64,000 nucleotides of DNA from an uncultured Gemmatimonadales bacterium (GCA_963741945.1 CAVUKA010000005.1:32001-96000); one strand, 5' to 3'. Positions 37,445-48,800 are shown, counted from the first letter of the stretch. Numbers and translations are program-made. Notes: generated by a model from the sequence alone, not told the origin.

Positions 37445-39256
37445 CTACGGCAGCGCCTTGCGGTTGTCGGACCGGTCCGCCTCGATCAGCACGTGATCCG
37501 GATCGAGGAGCACGGCTTCCGGCCTGCCATCCAGGTGGAACGTGACCCGCTGCACCCGATCGGGCGACTCCAGCCGCTTCCGCTCTCCGCCCGCCTCCAC
37601 CACCACCGGCATCCACGCCTCGCCTTTGCGCACGACCTCCGCCGTGACCGTGTATGCGCCGTTCTCCTGCCGGACGGAGACATCGCCGACCGCGTAGTCG
37701 AGAAGCTCGGTCCGATCGATCCACTCCTCGAAGAACCAGTCCAGGTCACGGCCGGCCACGGATTCCATGACGTTCTCGAAGTCCGCCGGCGTGACCTGGT
37801 GGAAGCGGAACCGGTCGTAATACGCGTGCATGGCACGGAGGAACGTCTCCTCGCCGATCACGTAGCGCAGCATGCGCAGCACCGCCGCGCCCTTCTCGTA
37901 CGTCATCATGCTGTACATCGGGTAGCTGGCGAAGTCCGCCCCCGGCAGTCCCACGGGCTCGCCGCGACCCGCGGCATCGAGATGCGCCACCTCGGCCATG
38001 GTGCGCCCCCAGACGCGGTCGGGGTCGGCTCCGTCCCGCACCGCCAGCCAGTTGGACAGGAAGCTCGCCATGCCCTCATCCAGCCAGCCGTCCCGCCATT
38101 CGTTGTTCGCCAGCACGCCATGGAAGATCATGTGCATGGTCTCGTGCGTGATGGCACCCCCGCTGGTCATGAACAGCATCTCGAACTCGGTGGCCCCGCG
38201 CTCGACGCGATCGGTGACGGTGATCTGCGGCCAGGGGTACTCGCCCACCACCGTGACGATCCAGTCCAGCGCCGCCTTCTCCTGCGTCATCGTCCGCTCC
38301 GGGTCCCACCGCTCGTTCGTGGGCTCCCACAGCAGGTTGATCGGCCGGCCGTTCCACCGCCCGCCCATGTAGACGTAATCGGGGGACGTGCTCCAGGCGA
38401 AGTTGTGCACCTTCTCGGCGTGCCAGCGGATCCGCTTGCGACCGGCGACGGCATCGCCGGTCAGGAGACCCAGCGGCTGGGACGCCCCGATGTTGTAGAA
38501 GTCACGGAGGAAGCGTGGCGGCTCCGATCCCTGCACGGCCACGGCGCCCCATCCGGGGTCGCCCTCCACCGGGAGTCCCGTCGCGCCCACCACCTGATCG
38601 ACGGGAAGATCCAGCGTGACGTCATACGTGCCGAAGTTGCCGTTCAGCTCCCCGGGCCTGATGTGGGGCCGGTACTCCCAGCCTCCCGGTCCGTAGACGG
38701 CGATGCGCGGGTACCAGTGCGCCCAGTCGTAGTGCCGCCCCTTCCGCCCCTGGCGACGCGGGTGCGTGGAGAGCCGCGCCGTCCAGTCGATGACCGCCAC
38801 CACGCTGTCCCCCGGCTCGAGCGGCCGGGGCAGCTCGACATAGAAGACGGTCGAGTCCGGCGATCCGGGGTAGACCGGAGCCACCGCTTCCCCGTTCAGG
38901 GTGAACCCCGACAGTCGCTCGAACGCCTGGTCCGGCGCCGGCAGGTCCTGGTACTCGCGGTCGCCGTGCGCGAGGTCGTACTGCGCCCACGCGCTGTTGG
39001 GCCGGAAGGCGTTCAGGTACTGGTGGAAATAGAGCCGCTCCAGCGCCGCGGGGGCGTTGTTCGTGTACGTGAGGCGAGCCCGCCCGCGAAGCACGTCCGT
39101 GGCATCGTCCTGGAACGCCTCGATGCGGTAGCGCACCCCCTGCTGGAACGGGTGCGAGCGCTTCGGGGCCGCGCTCTCCTGCGCCCTCAGCGCGCCCGGC
39201 GAAAGGAGAACGGCCGAAAGGACGACCGAAGCAACGGCTGCAATGGAACGGGTCAC
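37445..39256 (-). CDS. Secreted M1 family aminopeptidase
   Basis: GATEF, HETMH-x18-E (WLDEG), YEKG. Confidence 0.92.
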   Translation of the reverse strand: MTRSIAAVASVVLSAVLLSPGALRAQESAAPKRSHPFQQGVRYRIEAFQDDATDVLRGRARLTYTNNAPAALERLYFHQYLNAFRPNSAWAQYDLAHGDREYQDLPAPDQAFERLSGFTLNGEAVAPVYPGSPDSTVFYVELPRPLEPGDSVVAVIDWTARLSTHPRRQGRKGRHYDWAHWYPRIAVYGPGGWEYRPHIRPGELNGNFGTYDVTLDLPVDQVVGATGLPVEGDPGWGAVAVQGSEPPRFLRDFYNIGASQPLGLLTGDAVAGRKRIRWHAEKVHNFAWSTSPDYVYMGGRWNGRPINLLWEPTNERWDPERTMTQEKAALDWIVTVVGEYPWPQITVTDRVERGATEFEMLFMTSGGAITHETMHMIFHGVLANNEWRDGWLDEGMASFLSNWLAVRDGADPDRVWGRTMAEVAHLDAAGRGEPVGLPGADFASYPMYSMMTYEKGAAVLRMLRYVIGEETFLRAMHAYYDRFRFHQVTPADFENVMESVAGRDLDWFFEEWIDRTELLDYAVGDVSVRQENGAYTVTAEVVRKGEAWMPVVVEAGGERKRLESPDRVQRVTFHLDGRPEAVLLDPDHVLIEADRSDNRKALP

Positions 39257-39469
39257 GTAATGCGTCCTTGTCGCTGGTTCGCTCAGGCGGAGCTACGCAC
39301 GGGGCCGGGGCCTACCGAGGGCGCCGGGCTCCGATCGTCGGTTTCCGTACGCCGCGCCCGCCTCCGCGGTTCCGCCGAACCTCTGCCCTCGCGCGCCGGT
39401 TTGCAAACCGGGCATCCCCGCGACCATCTTGCACCCCTGTCCAATGCCACAACAGGAGACGTGAGGAAG

Positions 39470-40876
39470 ATGACGCCACGTGGGTCCCGCGCAGCCGCCG
39501 CGCTCGCAGCCGTATTCGCCCTTGTCCTCGTCCTGCCCGCCGCGCGCGCGGCCGCCCAGGCCCCCCTCACGCCCCCGGCGCGCGACCTTCGCATCCGTGA
39601 CATGGTCGACTCGATCTCCGCTGCCCGAATCGAGCAGGATGTGCGGACGCTGGTCGGGTTCGGGACGCGACACACGCTGTCGGACACGGTCTCCACCACC
39701 CGCGGGATCGGCGCGGCCCGGCGCTGGACGTATGCCGAGTTCCAGCGCATCAGCCAGGGGTGCGGCGGGTGCCTGGACGTGGAGTACCAGCGCTACCTGG
39801 TGAACGGCGATCCTCAGGGCCGGATCAAGCAGGACACCTGGGTGGTGAGCGTCACGGCCACGCTCCGGGGCACGACGGAGCCGGACCACTACGTGCTCAT
39901 GAGCGGCGACATCGACTCGCGCGTCTCCGACGCCATGAACGACACCGCCACCAGCCCAGGCGCCAACGACAACGCCAGCGGTCTGGCCGGCACGCTGGAA
40001 GCGGCGAGGGTGCTGACGAAGCACCGCTACGACAGGACCATCGTTTTCGCCGCGCTTTCGGGCGAGGAGCAGGGGCTGTTCGGCGGCACCGACCTGGCGA
40101 AGAAGGGGAAGGACGCGGGCTGGAACGTCGACGCGGTGTTGAACAACGACATGATCGGGAACATCCAGGGGATCGACGGCGTCATCGACAACACGTCGTT
40201 CCGCGTGTTCAGTCAGCCCCGGCCGGTGACGGACACCGAGCGGACCACGCGGGCGCTGCGCTTCTACGGCGGCGAGGTGGACGGGCCCTCGCGGCAGCTG
40301 GCGCGTTACGTCGCCCGCGTGGCGGATGACTACTTCGCGGCCACCCTGGACCCGATGATGGTGTACCGCCTCGACCGCTTCGGCCGCGGCGGGCATCACA
40401 GGCCGTTCAACGACCAGGGGTTCCCCGCCGTACGCATCATGGAGACGCACGAGAACTACAACCGCCAGCACCAGGATGTTCGCGAGGAGAACGGTATCCA
40501 CTACGGCGACGTCATCGAGGGCGTCGACTTCGACTACGCCCGCAAGCTCACGGGGGTGAACGTCGCCGTCCTGGCTTCGCTGGCGTGGGCGCCGCGGCAG
40601 CCGCAGGACGTGCACATTGCGGGGGCGGTGGAGCCGGCGGCGCGGCTGAGCTGGAACGTGAGCGCGGCGGACGACCTGGCCGGCTACAAGATCTACTGGC
40701 GCCTCACCACGGCCCCGCAGTGGACCCACTGGATCTACCTGCCCTGGGATGGTGAGCAGGAGGCCATGTCCCACGTCATGGACGGGCTGGTGCTCGACAA
40801 TTACCTGTTCGGTGTGGCCGCCGTGGACCGGGACGGCCACGAGAGCGTGGTGGCGTTTCCGACGCCGGGGACGTAG
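39470..40876 (+). CDS. Secreted M28 family peptidase with C-terminal Fn3-like domain
   Basis: SGDIDSR, PGANDNASG, GEEQGLFG, NNDMIG, GRGGHH. The 1172-aa ORF call is a spurious upstream extension. Confidence 0.92.
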   Translation: MTPRGSRAAAALAAVFALVLVLPAARAAAQAPLTPPARDLRIRDMVDSISAARIEQDVRTLVGFGTRHTLSDTVSTTRGIGAARRWTYAEFQRISQGCGGCLDVEYQRYLVNGDPQGRIKQDTWVVSVTATLRGTTEPDHYVLMSGDIDSRVSDAMNDTATSPGANDNASGLAGTLEAARVLTKHRYDRTIVFAALSGEEQGLFGGTDLAKKGKDAGWNVDAVLNNDMIGNIQGIDGVIDNTSFRVFSQPRPVTDTERTTRALRFYGGEVDGPSRQLARYVARVADDYFAATLDPMMVYRLDRFGRGGHHRPFNDQGFPAVRIMETHENYNRQHQDVREENGIHYGDVIEGVDFDYARKLTGVNVAVLASLAWAPRQPQDVHIAGAVEPAARLSWNVSAADDLAGYKIYWRLTTAPQWTHWIYLPWDGEQEAMSHVMDGLVLDNYLFGVAAVDRDGHESVVAFPTPGT

Positions 40877-40914
40877 GCCTTTCACCGCCACGGCCTTGCC
40901 GATGCGGGCCGCGC

Positions 40915-41958
40915 TCAGAGCCGCAGCGTCTCTCCCATGGCCGGGATGTGAAGGCGGTCGGGGGGCAGTCCCAGGGCATCCCAGGCGGCGCGGGCGCGCG
41001 CCGGCGGCTCCAGCGGGTCCTCGTCGGTGAGGCGGAACGTGCCCCAGTGCATGGCCACCATGCGGCTGGCCCGCACGTCGAGGCTGGCCTGCACCGCCTC
41101 CTCCGGGTTCATGTGGCTGGTGCGCATGAACCATCGCGGCTCGTACGCGCCGATGGGGAGGAGCGCGGCGTCGAACGGGGGCTCGCGGTCTCCGATCTCG
41201 GCGAAAGCGGGGCAGTAGCCGCTGTCGCCGCCGAAATAGAGGCGGCGTCCGCCCACGCTCAGCGCCCAGGAGCACCAGAGGCGCGTGCGCGTGTCCCAGA
41301 AGTGGCGCCGCGACCAGTGCCTGGCCGGCAGCGCGCGGAACCCGGCGACCGCGCCCGACGCAGTGTTCAGCGCCTTCTCTCCCCACCAGTCGAGCTCCAC
41401 CAGCCGGCGCACCCGATGCTTCCGGAACCAGGGCGCATAGCCGAGTGGGGTGATCCACGCGGTGTCATAGCCACCCGCGCGTCGCCGCAGGGCCGCCACG
41501 GTGCGAGCATCCAGGTGGTCGTAATGGTCGTGGGACAGGACCACCGCATCCACCGGCGGCAGCTCGCCAACGGACAGCCCCGGGGGCGAAAAGCGTCTGG
41601 GCCCGGCCCACGACACCGGGGAAGCCCGTCCTCCGAGGACGGGGTCGGTGAGCAGGTTCAGGCCGGGGGCCTGGATGAGAAAGCTGGATTGGCCGAGCCA
41701 CGTTACCCGCAGCTCGTCCGAGTCGGGAGCGAGCGCGGGGCGCGCCACCTCGGGAACGGCCCGCGGGATCCGGCCGGGAGCCGGATCGGGCGGCAATTTC
41801 GACCAGAGCCGCTGCCACCCCCACTTCAGGACGTCCGCGCCTCCCTCCTCCGCCCGATCCTTCATCGGCCACGGATTTCTGTAGCGGCCATCGGGGGCAT
41901 GGTGAGCCGGCGGATCGTTCACGGCGATGTCGCCGGCGGGCGGGAGGTCCAGCTTCAT
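40915..41958 (-). CDS. MBL-fold hydrolase, NAPE-PLD-like
   Basis: TWLGQS, TDPV, SHDHYDHLD, ARHWS, GDSGY, LPIGAYEP, HWGTF. Confidence 0.92.
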   Translation of the reverse strand: MKLDLPPAGDIAVNDPPAHHAPDGRYRNPWPMKDRAEEGGADVLKWGWQRLWSKLPPDPAPGRIPRAVPEVARPALAPDSDELRVTWLGQSSFLIQAPGLNLLTDPVLGGRASPVSWAGPRRFSPPGLSVGELPPVDAVVLSHDHYDHLDARTVAALRRRAGGYDTAWITPLGYAPWFRKHRVRRLVELDWWGEKALNTASGAVAGFRALPARHWSRRHFWDTRTRLWCSWALSVGGRRLYFGGDSGYCPAFAEIGDREPPFDAALLPIGAYEPRWFMRTSHMNPEEAVQASLDVRASRMVAMHWGTFRLTDEDPLEPPARARAAWDALGLPPDRLHIPAMGETLRL

Positions 41959-42629
41959 TCCAGGCGCTCCGCCACGCGTGCCAGGTCCTCGTCGGCCCCG
42001 GCCACGAGGATCGTGTCCGACTCCTTGAGCGGAGCGTCCGGATCGGGGACGGGGGTGATCGTGTCGTTCAGGACGTCGTGCACCGCGAGCACGCTGATCC
42101 GATGGCGGCGGGGCAGCTCCAGCTGTCGCAGCGACTTGCCGATCCACCGCTCGGGCACGGCCAGCTCCTGGAGCGAGAAATCGCGCCCGAGGCGGATATA
42201 GTTGAGGATCTCCGTGCTGACGATCCGCTCGGCCAGCCGGATCGCGGACTCCCGCTCGGGGAAGATGGTCTCGGTGACACCGAGCTGGTCCATGATCCGG
42301 GCATGGTCGCGCGAGATCACCTTGGCGTAGATCTCCCGGACCCCCACGTCGCGCAATGCCATGATCGCGAGGACGGAGGCCGCGAGGTCGTGCCCGGTGG
42401 ACACGACTGCGGCGTCCGCGTCGTCGGCACCGACGCGCTCGAGGACGGCGCGCTGGCGGGCGTCGCCCACCACGGCGCGGGACACCTGCGACCCGATCCG
42501 GTCGATGGCATCCTCGTCCAGATCGATGGCCACCACGTCATGACCCTTCGCGTGCAGCGACTCGGCCACGCCGGAGCCGAAGTTCCCGAGGCCGATCACG
42601 ACGAATCGCTTGCGTCTGCGGGTGTTCAT
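41955..42629 (-). CDS. ktrA: Ktr/Trk K+ uptake RCK (NAD-binding) subunit
   Basis: VIGLGNFG, single RCK_N plus RCK_C, 224 aa. Confidence 0.88.
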   Translation of the reverse strand: MNTRRRKRFVVIGLGNFGSGVAESLHAKGHDVVAIDLDEDAIDRIGSQVSRAVVGDARQRAVLERVGADDADAAVVSTGHDLAASVLAIMALRDVGVREIYAKVISRDHARIMDQLGVTETIFPERESAIRLAERIVSTEILNYIRLGRDFSLQELAVPERWIGKSLRQLELPRRHRISVLAVHDVLNDTITPVPDPDAPLKESDTILVAGADEDLARVAERLE

Positions 42630-44044
42630 CCGATCACCACGTCTTCGTAGGAGTAGCGGAAGCGTCCGGCGCGGCCGGCCCGACGCGCGAGCGCGGCGGC
42701 GAACACCAGGGGGCCGACGCGCCCGACGAACATGAGCAGGACCGTGAGCGCGCGTCCGCTCGACGACAGGTGCGGCGTGGCCCCGAGCGAGAGCCCCACC
42801 GTGTTGAAGGCGCTCACCGCTTCGAACATGTGGGCCAGGAACGGCCCGCCGCCGTGCGCGACGCCGCCCAGCTCGGTGTGGGCGTACCCGAAAATGGCGA
42901 ACGTCACGACGGCGAACGCCAGGACGAAGAGCCCGACTGCACGCTGGATCGTCTCCTCGGGGACCGAGCGGCCCCAGATGGAGATGATCTGCTCACCCCG
43001 CAGGCGGGCGAGGGCGAGGAGCCCGATCAGGGCGAACGTCGTCGTCTTGATCCCCCCCGCCGTGGAGCCCGGGGAGCCCCCGATGGACATGAGGAGGATG
43101 GTGAGGAAGTTGGTGTCGTCGCCCGCCGCCGCGTAGTTGATGGTGTTGAATCCGGCCGTGCGCGCCGTGGCGCTCATGAAGAATGCGTTCGTCAGTCGAT
43201 CGCCGACGCCGAGCTGCGAGAGAACGCCGTTCCACTCGAACAGGAGGTAGAGCCCCGTGCCGGCCGCGAGCAGCACCGCCGTGGTCAGAAGGGTGAGGCG
43301 CGTGTGCAGCGAGAGCCGCATCCCCCGGGGGTCGCGCCAGGACCCGCGCCGCAGATAGAGCTCTTCCAGCACGAGGAAGCCGATGCCGCCGGCCACGATC
43401 AGCGCCGCGATGGTGAGGAGCGCCACTTCCGACCTCTGGACGCCCATGAGGGAGTCGGAGAACGTGGAGAAGCCGGCGTTGCAGAACGCGCTGATGGACT
43501 GGAAGACCGCGTGCCACGCCGCGCCCGTGATACCGAAGCGGGGCGCCCAGAGGACGTACAGGATCACGGCGCCCGCGGCCTCGAGGATGAACGCGAAGCG
43601 GAGGATGTCGAACGCCAGCTGCCGCCGGTCCAGCTCTTCGCCCAGCTCGATCTCCGCGCCCGTCAGCGCTTCATGCCGCAGCGAGAGCCGGCGGCCCAGC
43701 GCGAGGATGATGAACGTGGTGAACGTGATGATCCCGAGCCCGCCCAGCTGGATCAGCGCCAGGATCCAGAGCTGACCCCAGAACGTGAAGTATGTTGCCG
43801 TGTCCACCACGATCAGGCCGGTGACGCAGACCGCGCTGGTGGCGGTGAAGAGCGCGTCCAGCCATGACAGCGGCGCCCCCGTATAAAGGCCTGGAAGCAC
43901 TTTGAACCCCACGGTCCCGCCCAGGATCAGGAGCGCGAAGGAGGCGATGAACAGCTGCGGGGGAGTGAGCCGCTCCCAGACGCTGCGGCGCGCCTTCCCC
44001 CGGACTTCCCATTCGACGATGGTCGGCCAGCTCCCGGTCCTCAC
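42626..44044 (-). CDS. ktrB: Ktr/TrkH K+ uptake membrane subunit
   Basis: TSAVCVTGL, SAFCNAGF, RTAGF, GGSPGSTAGGIK, SAFNTVGLS. GTG 44044 with AGGAGGT RBS. Confidence 0.9.
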   Translation of the reverse strand: MRTGSWPTIVEWEVRGKARRSVWERLTPPQLFIASFALLILGGTVGFKVLPGLYTGAPLSWLDALFTATSAVCVTGLIVVDTATYFTFWGQLWILALIQLGGLGIITFTTFIILALGRRLSLRHEALTGAEIELGEELDRRQLAFDILRFAFILEAAGAVILYVLWAPRFGITGAAWHAVFQSISAFCNAGFSTFSDSLMGVQRSEVALLTIAALIVAGGIGFLVLEELYLRRGSWRDPRGMRLSLHTRLTLLTTAVLLAAGTGLYLLFEWNGVLSQLGVGDRLTNAFFMSATARTAGFNTINYAAAGDDTNFLTILLMSIGGSPGSTAGGIKTTTFALIGLLALARLRGEQIISIWGRSVPEETIQRAVGLFVLAFAVVTFAIFGYAHTELGGVAHGGGPFLAHMFEAVSAFNTVGLSLGATPHLSSSGRALTVLLMFVGRVGPLVFAAALARRAGRAGRFRYSYEDVVIG

Positions 44045-44201
44045 GGGCGCCGGACCTCCTTGATGGTTTCCATACGGCGCCAAGTCTGTATCGATCCGGG
44101 CAGCGTGGCAAGCGTCATCGTGCCCCTGGCCACCTCACCACGTTCCCGATAGCATGCACGCCAGCACGCTTCGCGATCCCGTCCCGAGAGAACCCGAGCC
44201 G

Positions 44202-45818
44202 ATGAAGGACATGCGACGGCGGCGCGCCCGAGAGCGCGCGGCCATCCCCCGCCCACTCCGGACCATTGCGGCCGTCGCCCTCCTGCTGCTCCCCCTCGCC
44301 GCCACACCGCGGGCCGCCACCGCCCAGGAGCAGAGCGACATCCACCTGCTGGGGCTGGAGCACAGCGGGGACCGGCTCGTCCTGGTCCAGGCGGCCCGCG
44401 CGGTCACGGATCGGACCGGGTACGACAATCAGCCGGCATTCACGCCCGACGGACGGGCCCTGCTCTACACCTCCATCCGCGACGGACAGGCGGACACCTA
44501 CCGCTACGACCTGGCCACCGGAGCCACCGTCCGGGTGACGCGGACCAGCCGCGAGTCGGAGTACTCCCCCACGCCGATTCCCGGAATGGACCGGTTCTCC
44601 GTGGTCCGCGTGGAAGCCGATTCCGCCCAGCGGCTCTGGTCGTTCGCAGCCGACGGAACGGACCCGCAGCTGCTCCTGGAGCGGGTCGACTCCGTGGGCT
44701 ACAACGCCTGGCTCACCCCCGAGCGCGTGGCGCTCTACATCCTGGGCGAGCCCGCCACGCTCCAGATCGTCGGCCTGGACAGTGGCGAGGAGCGGGTCGT
44801 GGCCGAACGGATCGGCCGCTCGATCCAGCCGGTGCCGGCGCGCAGCGCCGTCTCCTTCACCCAGGAGTCCGGCGGCCGCTGGTGGCTGCGCGAGCTGGAC
44901 ATGGACAGCGGCCGTCTCCGCACCCTCGCCCCGCTGCTCGGGGAAGACGAGTACCACGCCTGGACGCCCGACGGGACGGTCATCACCGCGCATGGCACGC
45001 GGATCTTCCAGCTCGAGGCGGCCACGCGGAGCTGGCGACCGGTGGGCGACCTCGCCCGCTTCGGGCTCCGCGACATTTCCCGGCTCGCCGTTTCACCGGA
45101 CGGGCGGCAGCTGGCGGTGGTGGCCGCCCGTCCGGAAGCACCGACGGTCGGGGGCGGACACGTCGCCACCGGCGACGGCACCATCTTCGCCTTCGCCACC
45201 GTGGTGTTCGGCTCGCTCCTCGCCATGGTCAATCCGCTGGGGGCGCTAACCATCTTCGTCGGCCTGACCAGCGGCCAGGCCCGGGGGCAGCGGGGCCGCA
45301 CTGCGCTGCTGGCTTGTGTCTCTGCGGCCGCGATCCTCCTGGTCTTCGCCCTCTTCGGCACCGCCATCCTGCGCTTCTTCGGGATCACGACCTACGCGTT
45401 CCGGATCGCCGGCGGCATCCTCTTCTTCGGCATCGGGTGGGACATGCTCCAGGCGCGCCGCTCCCGTTCGAAGACCACGGCGGAAGAAGAGGCGGAGAGC
45501 GCGGAGCGGGCGGACGTGGCCGTGGTGCCGCTGGGCATCCCCACACTGGCCGGGCCGGGCGCCATTACGACGGTGATCGCCCTCATGGGCCAGACCACCA
45601 GTCCGCTCCACGCAGGGATCGTCTATGCGGGAATCGCGGCGGTGCTCCTCGTGAGCCTCGTCGTCCTCCTGGCCGGACCCGGGCTGTTCCGGCTCCTGGG
45701 CCAGACCGGGATCAACGTCGTGACCCGGCTCATGGGACTGCTGGTGATGGTGGTCGGCGTCCAGTTCGTGCTGGATGGCCTGAGGACCGTTGTCATGGAG
45801 ATCCTCACGGCGGTCTAG
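44202..45818 (+). CDS. TolB/PD40-like beta-propeller fused to a MarC-family membrane protein
   Basis: Signal, YDNQPAFTPDG, EYSP, AWTPDG, SPDG repeats. Then NPLG, FRIAGGI, VPLGIP.LAGPGAI, VTRLMGL (MarC). Confidence 0.85.
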   Translation: MKDMRRRRARERAAIPRPLRTIAAVALLLLPLAATPRAATAQEQSDIHLLGLEHSGDRLVLVQAARAVTDRTGYDNQPAFTPDGRALLYTSIRDGQADTYRYDLATGATVRVTRTSRESEYSPTPIPGMDRFSVVRVEADSAQRLWSFAADGTDPQLLLERVDSVGYNAWLTPERVALYILGEPATLQIVGLDSGEERVVAERIGRSIQPVPARSAVSFTQESGGRWWLRELDMDSGRLRTLAPLLGEDEYHAWTPDGTVITAHGTRIFQLEAATRSWRPVGDLARFGLRDISRLAVSPDGRQLAVVAARPEAPTVGGGHVATGDGTIFAFATVVFGSLLAMVNPLGALTIFVGLTSGQARGQRGRTALLACVSAAAILLVFALFGTAILRFFGITTYAFRIAGGILFFGIGWDMLQARRSRSKTTAEEEAESAERADVAVVPLGIPTLAGPGAITTVIALMGQTTSPLHAGIVYAGIAAVLLVSLVVLLAGPGLFRLLGQTGINVVTRLMGLLVMVVGVQFVLDGLRTVVMEILTAV

Positions 45819-45852
45819 CCTTCGCCGGCCGCCGGTTCGCCATCACCGACGC

Positions 45853-48800
45853 CTACACCGTGATGCCGGTCTCACCCCACACCGGATCCCCCTTCATACC
45901 CGACGCCTCCAGCTCCTCCTGGATCGCGTGCTCCTTCTCGCTGGAGACGAAGCGGTGCTTCATCCATGTGCCGAAGTCATCGAGGAACGTGTAGGCCACC
46001 GGCACCACGATGAGCGTGAGCATGGTGGACGTGATCAGGCCTCCGATCACTGCGCGGGCCATCGGGGCCCGGAACCCGCCGCCTTCGCCCAGCCCCACAG
46101 CGATCGGCAGCATGCCGAAGATCATGGCCGCGGTGGTCATCATGATGGGCCGGAGCCGGACACGGCCGGCGTCGATGAGCGCGGTGCGCCGGTCCTTCCC
46201 GAGGGCGCGCCCCTCGTTTGCGTTGTCCACGAGCAGGATCGCGTTCTTGGTCACCAGCCCCATGAGCATGATCACCCCGATCATCGACATCATGTTCAGG
46301 GTGTCATTGGTGATCAGCAGCGCCAGGAGCACGCCGATGAGCGACAGCGGCAGGCTCACCATGATGGCCAGAGGCTGCGTGTAGCTCTCGAACTGGCTGG
46401 CCAGGATCAGGAAGATCAGGATGATGGCCAGGACCAGCGCCTCGATGACGTAGCCCACGGTCTCCTGGAGCTGCTCGGTCTCGCCGCCCAGCTGGGCCGA
46501 GTAGCCCGGGGGCATGGCCATCTGGCCGATGGTCTGCCGGATCTCCGATGACGCCTCCGCCACGGACAGGTCCGGCATCAGCCCGGCCGACACCGTGGCC
46601 ACCCGCTGCAGGTCCCGCCGGTCGATCTCCGCGGGCGCGGTCCCCCGCTCCACCGTGGCGATCTGCCCGAGCGGCACCGTGATGGCGGAGCCGTCGCGCT
46701 GCCGCATGGTGGTGGCGATGGGCAGCGTCAGCAGGTCCTCCAGCGACGCGCGCTGCGATGGCGCCACCTGAACCACCACGTCGCGCAGCTCGCCACTCGG
46801 ATCCTCCCACGTGGTGGCGGTCTGCCCCGCCAGGAGCGGGCGCACGGTGGCCGAAACCTGGCCCACGTCCAGCCCCAGCTTGTTCGCCACGTTCCGGTTC
46901 ACGTCGATCCGGTACTCGGGCCGCGGCTCGCCCATGGAGGTCTGCACATCCACCACGCCGGCGATCTGCTCCATCCGGCCCCCCAGGCTGTCGGACAGCT
47001 GCTGGAGCACGTCCACGTCGGGGCCCCGCACGTTCACCTGGATCGGCTGCTGGCCTCCCCCCATGCCACTGGCGGAGATCACGGCCGTCTTCATGCCGTA
47101 CAGCCCTTTCAGCTGCTCGCGCGCCGCGACCATCAGGTCATCCTGCGAGCGGTCCCGCTCCGACCGCGGGACCAGCGCCACGTACACGTTCCCGGAGGTG
47201 ACCGTGCCGGTGGCCCCGGCCCCGACCGTGGTGTACGTGTAGTCCACCCCATGGATGCCGCGCAGCACCTGGCTCAGCTGCTCGGACTTCTGGCGCGTGT
47301 AGTCGATGGACGACCCCTCGGGTGTCTCGAAGCTCACCGCGAACTCGCTGTTGTCCGCATCCGGCATGAATCCGCCACCGATGAACGGGAACAGCATGAA
47401 CGAGCCGAGGAACGCCGCCGTCGCGATCCCGGCGGTCGCGTAGCGGTGCCGGAGCGCCCAGCCGATCACGCCGCGATAGCGGTCGGCCTGACTGTCGAAC
47501 CAGCGATTGAAGGCGACGACGGGCCGCGTTGCCACGCGCCACACGCCGCGCGCCTCCTGGTGCGGCTCCACGCCCCACCACGCGGCCAGCATGGGCGTGA
47601 GCGTGAAGGAGACGAAGAGGGAGACGAGCACGGCGAAGGTGACCGTCAGCCCGAACTGGTAGAAGAACCGGCCGATGATCCCACCCATGAACGCCACGGG
47701 CACGAACACGGCCACGATGGAGAGCGTGGTGGCCATGACCGCCAGGAAGATCTCCCGCGTCCCCCACTTGGCCGCGTTGAAGTGGTTCTCTCCCATCTCG
47801 CGGTGCCGCACGATGTTCTCGATCACCACGATGGCGTCATCGATCAGGATCCCAATGGACAGGGAGAGCGCCATCAGCGTGATCATGTTGAGCGTGAAGC
47901 CCAGCGCGTTCATGAGGATGAACGAGCTGATCACGGAAACGGGCAGCGCCATGGACGTGATGGCCGTGGCCTTCCAGTCGTTCAGGAACAGCATGACCAC
48001 GAGCACGGTGAGCAGCGCACCCAGGATCAGCTCGTGGATGACGTCGTTCACCATGGTCCGGATCGACTCGGAATTGTCCCGGACGATCTGAACCTGCGTG
48101 TTCGCCGGCAGCGACTGGTCGATCCGCTCCAGCTCGGCCTTCACATCCTCCGCGACGCGCACCGTGTTCGCGCCCGACACCTTGAGGATGTCCAGCGCCA
48201 CGGCCCGCTCCCCGTTCACGAACGCCAGCGAGCGCTCGTCTTCCGTGGCGTCCCGCACCGTGGCCACCTGACCGAGCCGCACCGGCTGGCCGTTGCGCGT
48301 GGCGATGATGATCTGTGCGAACTGGGCCGGATCCGTGATCCGCCCCGTGACGCGCACGAGCTGCTCACGCGCGCCGCGCTCCAGCCGCCCCGCCGGCACT
48401 TCGAGGTTCTGCCGCTGCAGCGCGCCCATGATCTCGTTGGCGGAAACGCCGAGCGACTGCATCGACCGCGGATCCAGGTTGATCCGGATCTCGCGGGCGA
48501 GTCCACCGGCGATCTGAACCTGGCCGACGCCGGAGACCGCCTCCAGGCGACGTCGCATGTCCTCGTCCGCCAGCCGCGTCAGTTCCGCCGCGCTCAGCCG
48601 GCTGGATGAGAGCGCCAGGGACAGGATCGGCTGCGCGGACGGGTCGAACGTCTGCACCACGGGAGGCTCGAGCTCGGTGGGCAGCGAACGCCGCACCGCA
48701 TCGATCTTGGCCCGGACATCCTGCGCCGCCTGCTCCGCCTTCCGGTCCAGGTCGAACTCGATGATGATCTGACTCACGCCCTCCAGTGACACGGACGTGA

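Noticed and set aside
37358-39469. N-terminal ~700 aa of the 1172-aa ORF
   Set aside because: Antisense to the M1 peptidase. The real M28 gene starts at 39470 with an RBS and signal peptide.
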